NCBI GenBank assembly: GCA_050746865.1
Contig: JBOGMU010000141.1
Coordinates: 3,142-67,141 of the forward strand
Reading direction: 5' to 3'
DNA: 64,000 nt
Source of the DNA: Candidatus Acidiferrales bacterium
GTDB taxonomy: Bacteria > Acidobacteriota > Terriglobia > Acidiferrales > UBA7541
Shown here: in pieces, positions 48,928-56,785 of the stretch
Position numbering within the stretch: the stretch's first letter is position 1
Layout of the letters: every line of letters begins with the position of its first letter
Made by a program: the position numbers and the translations under genes
The notes under the pieces: generated by a model
What the model was told of the DNA's origin: nothing
Database searches by the model: none
What the model saw: only the letters and a program-made list of their open reading frames with translations

Positions 48928-49066
48928 CGCGCTCCCCCGAAAATTTTCCGAGAGTATACCGCGATTCCGACACGTGTAGCGTTGCCCGATGTGGCCTAGC
49001 CGCTGTTGTCGGCCCGTTGGCACAGCCACGCCTCGCTGTGCGAATTCGACTCCCGTAGCACCATTG

Positions 49067-49975
49067 CTACGCGTGCGCGGCCCGGCCCTCGTAGACCGGG
49101 ACAAATGTCTCTTTCACGAATTGCTCGATCGACGTGGGCGTGGAATTCCCGGCCGAGCGCTTTTCGAGCGCCGCCACGTGGCCGCTGTTGAGCGCCGAGG
49201 ACAACTCGAGAATCAGGCTTGCGGCGTTTTCAGACATGCCCATCTGCATGAGCGCCGGCTTGAGCTGCTCGTCAGGCAATTGCATGTATGAAAGCCCAGA
49301 ATTGACAATCGCCTCGCCGACGACGCGTGCAGCATCGCTATAGCTCACGTCGCGCTGGCCGAGCAGCTCGCGCGCTTCCTTATCGTGAAAGTCGAGCTTC
49401 AGCATGCGGTCGGCGGCGTAACGTCCTATGTCGCGCGCGGCGATCATCGGAACCGCGAGATCGGCACGAAGCGGACCGGCCATCGTGCCGAAATTCTTGA
49501 TGATGCCTGCTTGCGGCAGAAGATTTTCCATGAAGTAGCCGGCGCGAATATAAAGCGCGTTGAGGCCGCCGACGGTATTAATGAGTTCCTCGAGGCGATG
49601 CAAGCCGACCACGGGGCCGGTGTTCGACGATTTGTCCGCGCCGATGCTGCTGAGCACGACGGCGTGGCCGACTGCGGCAACCTGTAGCGCGGTGACGAGC
49701 ACTTTCGCGACGACGCCGGAATAGGCCAGTCCGTCTGACGTTGAAAGGTCGGGCGGAATCATCACGTAGACGGCTTTCGCGCCCGAGAATGCTTTCGCCA
49801 AATCCTGAGTGTCAGGGTCAGCCACGTCTACGATCGCCGCTTCCGCTCCGCGCTTGGTGAAGCGTTCGAGATTGCGCGGCGTGCGTCCCACCACGCGAAC
49901 TTTTTCTCCTGCCGCGAGCAGTGCATCCGCAACCGGGCCCCCAGTATTACCGCTAGCTCCAACGACGACGTACAT
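49067..49975 (-). CDS. NmrA-like / atypical SDR NAD(P)-binding protein
   Basis: MYVVVGASGNTGGPVADALLAAGEKVRVVGR Rossmann motif. Confidence 0.8.
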   Translation of the reverse strand: MYVVVGASGNTGGPVADALLAAGEKVRVVGRTPRNLERFTKRGAEAAIVDVADPDTQDLAKAFSGAKAVYVMIPPDLSTSDGLAYSGVVAKVLVTALQVAAVGHAVVLSSIGADKSSNTGPVVGLHRLEELINTVGGLNALYIRAGYFMENLLPQAGIIKNFGTMAGPLRADLAVPMIAARDIGRYAADRMLKLDFHDKEARELLGQRDVSYSDAARVVGEAIVNSGLSYMQLPDEQLKPALMQMGMSENAASLILELSSALNSGHVAALEKRSAGNSTPTSIEQFVKETFVPVYEGRAAHA

Positions 49976-50342
49976 GAATCCTCCTCTGGCGCCAGCACAT
50001 TCGCGCGGCGCAGCACTCAGATCAGATTACTGCAAGAGGCGCGTGGGTTCACGGATTCTCTCGGGCAAACCAGGGAATCGGGTCGCGCGATGAAGACATG
50101 GTTTTGGCCTCAAACTGTGTTCGAGGATTTTTGCAAAAAGTTGCCACATGTTTGCAAAACTGTGCTATCAATCGCATGTGCAGCAGAAATTTTCCAATCA
50201 GCGTTTTCCCTTTTACGTTTCCACGCACGAGTTTGTGCGTCTCCTTAGCTACACCGCAAGCTATTTCTAAATTGCGCTCATAAGCAGCGCGCGTTGTGCG
50301 GGTGTATCCACATCTAGATTTTGACGAGCAAAGGAGATTGCT

Positions 50343-51338
50343 ATGAATCCATATGTGCCCTCCGGGAAAAGCCCCATTTCCAATTTCATGAAACAGCATT
50401 ACAGGCATTTCAATGCGGCCACGGTGGTTGATGCCGCTGAAGCCTACAGCGCGCATCTGACGAACGGCGGAAATATGCTGCTGACGCTGGCCGGGGCGAT
50501 GAGCACGGCAGAGTTGGGAATTTCCGTCGCGGAAATGATTCGCAAGGATAAAGTGCAGGGGATCTGCTGCACGGGCGCAAACCTCGAAGAAGACGTTTAT
50601 AACCTGGTGGCCCACAATCACTACCGGCGCGTGCCGCATTACCGGCACCTCACGCCGGCCCAGGAAGTCGAGCTTCTTGAAAATCATCTGAATCGCGTCA
50701 CCGATACGTGCATTCCCGAAGAGGAAGCGATGCGGCGCATCGAGCGCATAGTCATGGAAGAGTGGTATGCGGCAGATCGCGAGAAGAAAAGATATTTCCC
50801 GCACGAGTTCCTTTACAAGGTCCTGCGCTCCGGAAAACTCGAGCAGCTCTACGAGATCGAACCGAAGGATAGCTGGATGCTCGCCGCGGCAGAAAAGAAT
50901 TTGCCGATTTTTGTGCCTGGCTGGGAGGATTCGACACTCGGCAATATGTTCGCAGCGCAGGTGATCGGCGGCAAGATTAAGTGCGCGACGGTGATGCGAT
51001 CCGGCATTGAATATATGATCGAACTCGCAAACTGGTACACGGCCACTGCACCCAAAAATTCAATCGGCTTTTTCCAGATTGGCGGCGGCATCGCCGGCGA
51101 CTTCCCTATTTGCGTGGTCCCGATGCTGCACCAAGACTTGCGGAGAGAGAATGTGCCCCTCTGGGGATACTTCTGCCAGATCAGCGATTCGACCACGAGC
51201 TATGGCTCATATTCAGGCGCCGTGCCCAATGAGAAGATTACTTGGGGGAAATTGAGCGTCGATACGCCGCGCTTCATCATCGAATCTGACGCGACGATTG
51301 TGGCGCCATTGATCTTTGCTTACGTTTTGGGGTGGTGA
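50343..51338 (+). CDS. deoxyhypusine synthase-family protein
   Basis: 331 aa. AGAMSTAELG...CCTGANLEEDV...QIGGGIAGDFP resembles the DHS/homospermidine-synthase-like family. An AAAGGAG RBS lies upstream. Confidence 0.8.
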   Translation: MNPYVPSGKSPISNFMKQHYRHFNAATVVDAAEAYSAHLTNGGNMLLTLAGAMSTAELGISVAEMIRKDKVQGICCTGANLEEDVYNLVAHNHYRRVPHYRHLTPAQEVELLENHLNRVTDTCIPEEEAMRRIERIVMEEWYAADREKKRYFPHEFLYKVLRSGKLEQLYEIEPKDSWMLAAAEKNLPIFVPGWEDSTLGNMFAAQVIGGKIKCATVMRSGIEYMIELANWYTATAPKNSIGFFQIGGGIAGDFPICVVPMLHQDLRRENVPLWGYFCQISDSTTSYGSYSGAVPNEKITWGKLSVDTPRFIIESDATIVAPLIFAYVLGW

Positions 51339-51366
51339 GCAAGAGCGCGGCCGAGGAGGCCACGCG

Positions 51367-52084
51367 CTAAAACGCGCGAGATGCGCCGCCGTCGACGCGG
51401 AGTCCATGGCCCGTGACGTAAGACGCTTTGTCCGAAGCTAGGAAAAGCGCCACCTTCGCAATTTCCTGATGAGTGGCGGCGCGACCTGTCGGAATTTGCT
51501 TGCGAACGTCTTCCGGAATAACGTTCTCGCCTGAATCCAGGACCACGCTTGGCATCAGGCAGTTCATTCGTATGCCGAGCGGCCCGTATTCCCGGGCGTA
51601 AAGCTTTCGGAACGCACCCATTGACGCTCGAATCGTGCTTGCAACGGGAAATCGTGGGTCCGGCTCCGTTGCGTCGTGGCCGGAGATGTTTACGATCGAA
51701 CCGCCGCGCTGCTTCACCATAATCGGTGTCACCAAACGTGCCATCCTCACGACACTGAGAAAGTACATCTGGAACACGTCCATCCAATGCTCGTCCGAGA
51801 TCGATGTGATCTTACCGCCAGCCGGATGACCTGAGTTATTGATGACCACATCGATTCGGTCGAATTCCGATACGGCCGTCGCGACCAAGCGCTCCAGATC
51901 GTGCTTATTGGAAACCGAGCCCTGAAGCGCGAGCGCACCGATCTCCGAAGCGATGGAATGTATGCGGTCGGACCGCGACATCAAGACCAGCTTATAGCCC
52001 TCGGAGGCGAGTTCTCGCGCACAGGCGGCGCCAATACCTCTAACTTGATGCCGTGACGATAGCGATCTTTGTCTCTGTCGTCAT
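51367..52084 (-). pseudogene. SDR-family oxidoreductase interrupted by a 1-nt frameshift
   Basis: ATG 52084 gives MTTETKIAIVTASS then TAG (52042-52040). Skipping one T restores SRGIGAACARELASEGYKLVLMSRS, which is continuous with listed ORF 51367-51984. That ORF carries NNSG, a catalytic Y-x3-K-like region and the C-terminal SYVTGHGLRVDGG. Confidence 0.75.
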
Positions 52085-52141
52085 TTTGTGCTGATTGTAG
52101 CGAACTTTCGGTGTTCAGTGTTTCCTTCGAGGTGGCTGAAA

Positions 52142-52783
52142 TCACTGCGCGCGAATGATTTGTCCCGACGCGTGGATTTCGAGCTGGACCGTGTCGCTCA
52201 CCCGTAGAATAAAGGTGTTTGGGTTTTTCAGCCCCCATTTTATGTAGGGGATCGGAAAGCTGCTGGAGATCTGCACGTGGCCGTTGCCGTCATTCTGGAC
52301 GGCCAGGTCTAGCGTTACGTCGTGATCCTGTCCATGGAGGCGAAAAATGCCCTTCGCCTGAACCTGCATAGTTCCCTTCTGATCCAACGTCTCCTTTAGC
52401 GCATGGCCGGGCTGCGCGATGAGCTGCGTCGGCGAGAACACGATGTCAGGATATTTCGCGCTTTCGAGAATCTCTTTGTGCATTTTGTTATCGCGGGAGG
52501 AATCACCGCTTTCGCCGCTCGTCGCGTCAATCACGATGGAACCGCTCGCCTTGCCAGTGGCGGAATCGAAGTGAATTTCGCCGATCCTCATTTTGAATGT
52601 GCCGTGGACAGTGTGCAGGGTTGCGCCGAGAGTGAACTTGATCGTGCTGCTTGCAGGATCGAGCTTTGCCGCGGCCTCTTGCGCGTTTATCGCTTGTGGA
52701 TACGTCGCAGCAAAGAAGACAAGGCAAAACGTAATCCGCCGCAGAGACTCGCAAAACACAGATAAACCGGCTTGTCTACGCAC
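52142..52783 (-). CDS. YceI-family (polyisoprenoid-binding) periplasmic protein
   Basis: A signal peptide plus the pattern SSTIKFTLGATLHTVHGTFK...GDSSRDNKMH...LHGQDHDVTL. Confidence 0.85.
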   Translation of the reverse strand: MRRQAGLSVFCESLRRITFCLVFFAATYPQAINAQEAAAKLDPASSTIKFTLGATLHTVHGTFKMRIGEIHFDSATGKASGSIVIDATSGESGDSSRDNKMHKEILESAKYPDIVFSPTQLIAQPGHALKETLDQKGTMQVQAKGIFRLHGQDHDVTLDLAVQNDGNGHVQISSSFPIPYIKWGLKNPNTFILRVSDTVQLEIHASGQIIRAQ

Positions 52784-53882
52784 GAAGGACCCGCCAGCCG
52801 AGGTCGAAAAGGTCCTGAGCGCTCAATGCGTCAGCATCGGCGATCCCTGCATGGATCGACATCATTTTGGAGAAGAATCCCGGCTTTGCGGCAAACATGC
52901 GTAAGGTCTTTTTCTGAATCCACGCGTGATGCGCCATCAACAACATCAGCCGCGTGATGCGCATCGGAGTTCGCGTGATCGCGTGGTGTGCGGCGGAATA
53001 GGCGCGCAGATCTTCGTGGGCGAGTGCGTCGGCGAGATGCAGCGAAGCCTGGAACGCGAGGTTGAGGCCTTGGCCGGCAATACCGTCGATCGAGCAAGCC
53101 GCGTCGCCAATCAGCGCAAGATTGCCGCGAACCACAAAGCGCGCCCGGGCTAGCACCGTGCAGGCGCCGGACTCGGACGAAGTCGGACGCACACCGGCAA
53201 GGCGGCGTGCAATCTCTGGAAATCTCCCAATCGCTTCGGCAAGCCTTAGGTGATGATCTCTAGTAAAGAGCGCGAGACAAACTTCGGCCGGACCCGTCGG
53301 CGTCACGATAATCTGGCAATCATCGCCCCAATGCACTTCGACGAAATCGGTCCACGGGGCAAGCGCATAGTGCTGCCGAAATGCAAAGCGGCCGGTGCTG
53401 CGAACGAACGAATGAAGGCCCGCACGTCGACGAATCGCGGAATTCAGTCCATCCGCGCCAATCAGCCATCCAAAGAAAAGCCGGCGCCCGTTTACATCGG
53501 CGGAAACGGAATCGTACGTTTTGACGTGTGCGCCCCAGATCAGGTTGACGCCTACAGCCTCTGCGCGATCTAGCAACAGGCGATGTAGAACGGTCCGGCG
53601 AACCCCTTGCCCGCTTGCGCCGGCAAATTCCGAGCAAACAGACGACGCTGCGTCTAAAAAGCGGATTCCCCTGAAGCGGGATTTCTGGGCGCCGTCGAGA
53701 TCGATGCCCAGCACTCGCAATGCTTTGACAGCGTCGGGGAGCAACCCCTCACCGCAGGGTTTGTCGAGAGGAGGTTTTCGCGAATCAACAAGAGTAACGC
53801 GGAGGCCTTTTGCTTGAGCAGCGATAGCGGCAGCGAGGCCGGCGGGACCTCCGCCGACAATCAGCACATCGGAATGAATCAC
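52776..53882 (-). CDS. FAD-dependent oxidoreductase (geranylgeranyl-reductase / flavin monooxygenase-like)
   Basis: VLIVGGGPAGLAAAIAAQAKG, KPCGEGL and GDAACSIDGIAGQG motifs. Confidence 0.85.
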   Translation of the reverse strand: MIHSDVLIVGGGPAGLAAAIAAQAKGLRVTLVDSRKPPLDKPCGEGLLPDAVKALRVLGIDLDGAQKSRFRGIRFLDAASSVCSEFAGASGQGVRRTVLHRLLLDRAEAVGVNLIWGAHVKTYDSVSADVNGRRLFFGWLIGADGLNSAIRRRAGLHSFVRSTGRFAFRQHYALAPWTDFVEVHWGDDCQIIVTPTGPAEVCLALFTRDHHLRLAEAIGRFPEIARRLAGVRPTSSESGACTVLARARFVVRGNLALIGDAACSIDGIAGQGLNLAFQASLHLADALAHEDLRAYSAAHHAITRTPMRITRLMLLMAHHAWIQKKTLRMFAAKPGFFSKMMSIHAGIADADALSAQDLFDLGWRVLRA

Positions 53883-53921
53883 GCCTCACCCCACCCAGAG
53901 GGAAACGGAGGGCCGTTCGCG

Positions 53922-54974
53922 CTACCAGCGGAGCAATACAAGCTCCGAGCAGAATCCTGGGCCCATTGCAGCAAGAATACTGAGAGAGCCAGGAGCGGGC
54001 CGGCGACGCGAATAAAAGTCTTCAAGAACTAGGAGCACCGAGGTGGAGGAAAGGTTGCCCACTTTGCGCAGGCAGTCCCAGGACGCTTCGAGATCTTTTT
54101 CCGTGAGGCCGAGAGCCGTTGCAGTCGCCTCAAGAACTTTTGGCCCGCCGGTGTGCATGATCCAACTGTGGATATTCTTCCGCGTCAGACCCTGTTCCCC
54201 GAGGAATGCGTCGACATCTTTGCCGAGATGCTTCGTCACCATTTCGGGGACTTCAGGCGCTAAAACAATTTTGAATCCCTTTTCAGAGATGTCCCAGCCC
54301 ATCACGCGCTCGGTGTTCGGATAAAAGACGGACTTGGTGGCGAGAATCTCCGGGCCCTTGGACTCGAGTTCGGAGCCAAAGACAATCGTCGCGGCTGCGC
54401 CATCGCCAAAAAGCAAAGCGGAAATCAGGTGCGCCATCGAGAGATCGTGGCGCTGCAGAGTGAGCGAGCACAATTCAACGGAAAGAAGAGCGGCAGCTTG
54501 TCCGGGATAGCCGCGGACGTAATCCGCCGCGCGTGAAATGCCGGCGGCGCCTGCGACGCAGCCCAGGCCAAAGATGGGAATGCGCTTGATATTCGGCGAA
54601 AGGCCCATGCGGTTTACGAGTCGCGCGTCCAGCGAAGGGGCCGCAATACCGGTCACGGAAGTAACGAAAATTGCGCTCAGGTTTTTTGGGCTGAGCCCGG
54701 CTTCCTGCAGAGCGCGGCACAGCGCCTCTTCCCCAAGTTCCAGGGCGGCTTCGATCCAGGCATCATTGGCCTGGCCCCACGTCTCAAGATTTTCGTAGAA
54801 ATCAATCGGGCGGACGAGATAGCGGCCGTCCACTTTCATGCTGTCGTCAAGCCGGTCGAGAATGTCTGGATTCGGCAGGCGATGGCGCCAATAGTTCTTT
54901 AGAGCCTCCACCAACACTTCCTGCGGATAATAGTCCCTCGGGAATGCGCTTGCCACACTGGCAATCCTCATCAT
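53922..54974 (-). CDS. type III polyketide synthase (chalcone/stilbene synthase superfamily)
   Basis: The candidate catalytic triad lies in GLGCVAGAAG (Cys), WIMHTGGPKVLE (His) and GNLSSTSVLLVLE (Asn); 350 aa. Confidence 0.85.
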   Translation of the reverse strand: MMRIASVASAFPRDYYPQEVLVEALKNYWRHRLPNPDILDRLDDSMKVDGRYLVRPIDFYENLETWGQANDAWIEAALELGEEALCRALQEAGLSPKNLSAIFVTSVTGIAAPSLDARLVNRMGLSPNIKRIPIFGLGCVAGAAGISRAADYVRGYPGQAAALLSVELCSLTLQRHDLSMAHLISALLFGDGAAATIVFGSELESKGPEILATKSVFYPNTERVMGWDISEKGFKIVLAPEVPEMVTKHLGKDVDAFLGEQGLTRKNIHSWIMHTGGPKVLEATATALGLTEKDLEASWDCLRKVGNLSSTSVLLVLEDFYSRRRPAPGSLSILAAMGPGFCSELVLLRW

Positions 54975-55243
54975 TTCAAACGGCTCCTTGAGTGCCCCAA
55001 AAACCGAGACGATAAAGCGGAACCAGAGACGTTATCTTGACTTGGGCGGCTACGCAATGAATTTCGCGCGTTACAGGAGTCCGGTACGGTCGGCGCTTAA
55101 CATGCACTTTGTTTTCGCCACGCGACGGTTTGAGGGTCAAAGCTAGCGCCGCCGGTCTTCGGCGCGGCAGTCGAAGCTTTTCCTCCCTGTGAACGATACA
55201 TTGCCTGGGACGCAGAGGATCGCAATCGGGAGACAGAAGGAGT

Positions 55244-55273
55244 CCCGGATCCGCCGGGGGGAGCGGATCCGGG
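55244..55273. other. perfect 11-bp inverted repeat (CCCGGATCCGC / GCGGATCCGGG), 8-nt loop
   Basis: Read directly from the sequence. It lies between the small ORFs and the PKS gene. There is no clear U-tract on either strand. Confidence 0.6.
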
Positions 55274-55355
55274 ATGGGGGGCTGAGAGGGCTAGGGCCGG
55301 AAGAATATTGAATAGAAACGTCGCGCTCTTTTCTGACTTTGCCGCGAAGCGCCTG

Positions 55356-55544
55356 TTAGTAATTCAAGTGCCGCAGTAGCTGCGCCGTGCGAAACGCGAT
55401 CTGCATGCTGAGTACGATCAGCGTGTCGCGAATGATGGACAGCTTTTCGCGCATGGAGACCGCCTCCATAGCCGCCGGATAAGGCAGCGCGACGGCCACG
55501 GCTGTGCTTCGCGCACTCCAGCGACGATCAATGCTTGCGTTCAT
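55356..55544 (-). CDS. hypothetical small protein (62 aa)
   Basis: GAGGA lies 8 nt upstream of the ATG. It sits 22 nt downstream of the preceding small ORF. No recognisable family. Confidence 0.35.
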   Translation of the reverse strand: MNASIDRRWSARSTAVAVALPYPAAMEAVSMREKLSIIRDTLIVLSMQIAFRTAQLLRHLNY

Positions 55545-55566
55545 GGGCCATCCTCAACGGGCCGTG

Positions 55567-55773
55567 CTAATTGACCATGCAAACCGCGCCGTCGTGTTCA
55601 ATGCTCACAACCATTGATTTGAAAATGTCTACGTCCCAGCACTCCGCGATACGAAGTCTGACCACATCATTGGTTTCCGAGAGCACCGTGCCCCGCAGAG
55701 GAACCCTTAAGTCTCCCGTCACAACTCGAAGAACTACCGGCTGCCCCATCCAGACTGCGTAGCCACCTTCCAT
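55567..55773 (-). CDS. hypothetical small protein (68 aa from MEGGYAVWMGQP...)
   Basis: A strong AGGAGG lies 9 nt upstream of ATG 55773. The listed longer ORF start (55836) is less likely. No recognisable family. Confidence 0.45.
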   Translation of the reverse strand: MEGGYAVWMGQPVVLRVVTGDLRVPLRGTVLSETNDVVRLRIAECWDVDIFKSMVVSIEHDGAVCMVN

Positions 55774-56002
55774 GCGCTTTCCCCTCCTGGGAAGTCGTCC
55801 TCGAACACTTGCAGTTTCGCTGCAGAAAGCGACCACGCCAATGGCGCACGCGGCCTAATCGGTTGGTAGGAAGGTACTAGGCCGACCGGATGGCTCGCAC
55901 GGCCGAGTTTTGACGTCGTTTTTTCTGCTATTGTGGACATGCCCGCCCGGGTAGCCCGGCATTCGCTACGCAGGCAAACACCAGGCGAAACGGGAATCCC
56001 GA

Positions 56003-56665
56003 ATGGACGCGCTAAAGGCCCTAATTGAGCAACTTTATAACGTCCGTGCCCTAATTGAATGGGGCGGGACGTTGCTTGTCTGCGGCATCATCTTTGTCGA
56101 AACCGGCATGTTTGTGGGCTTCTTCCTGCCAGGTGACTCGCTTCTGGTGACGGCCGGCGTATTTGCGGGCGCGGGCACCATGGACCTCGCGGAGCTGCTT
56201 ATATTTGTCACCCTGTGCGCCATCGCAGGTGACCAGCTAGGCTACTGGATTGGCCGCCGTGCCGGGAAGGCGCTGTATCAGCGTAGGGAGTCACGCTTTT
56301 TCAAAAAGAAGCACCTCGAACGGGCGCACGAGTTTTACGAGCATTACGGCGGCAAGACCATCATTCTGGCGCGCTTTGTGCCGATCATCCGGACATTCTG
56401 CCCTCCCGTCGCCGGAGCGGCGCAGATGAGCTATTGGCGTTATCTCGCGTATGACGTCGCCGGTGGGTTCCTCTGGGTCTGGGGCATGCTACTCCTGGGC
56501 TACACGCTGGGCCGAACCATCCCCAATATCGACCACGAGATCCATTACGTGATCGCTGGCGTGATCGTCGCATCATTCATTCCCGCGATTTATCACGCTT
56601 GGAGAAGCCGTCAGAAAAAGCCATCTGGGCCGGCTCTGGGCCCGCGCGACTTTGGGCACGAGTAA
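56003..56665 (+). CDS. DedA-family (VTT/SNARE-associated) membrane protein
   Basis: FFLPGDSLLVTAG, GYWIGRRAG and ILARFVPIIRTF motifs. Confidence 0.9.
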   Translation: MDALKALIEQLYNVRALIEWGGTLLVCGIIFVETGMFVGFFLPGDSLLVTAGVFAGAGTMDLAELLIFVTLCAIAGDQLGYWIGRRAGKALYQRRESRFFKKKHLERAHEFYEHYGGKTIILARFVPIIRTFCPPVAGAAQMSYWRYLAYDVAGGFLWVWGMLLLGYTLGRTIPNIDHEIHYVIAGVIVASFIPAIYHAWRSRQKKPSGPALGPRDFGHE

Positions 56666-56785
56666 CCCAAACTTGCTGTTGCGAAACAGACACTTCCCTC
56701 GTGGACCAAAATCCCCGCATCCTTAGGCGCGTGGTAAAGTGCCTTGATAGCAAGCTTGGGAAGTAACCCTGCCTTTTGAGGCGCT

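Noticed and set aside
50049-50804. 251-aa ORF on the minus strand
   Set aside because: It overlaps the divergent intergenic region and the 5' half of the DHS-family gene in antisense. It has no RBS or motifs.
52036-52048. Programmed +1 ribosomal frameshift in the SDR gene (RF2-like)
   Set aside because: The slip site AGT-TAG-A does not allow re-pairing of the P-site tRNA in the +1 frame, and no upstream internal SD stimulator is evident. A mutation or sequencing error is more parsimonious.
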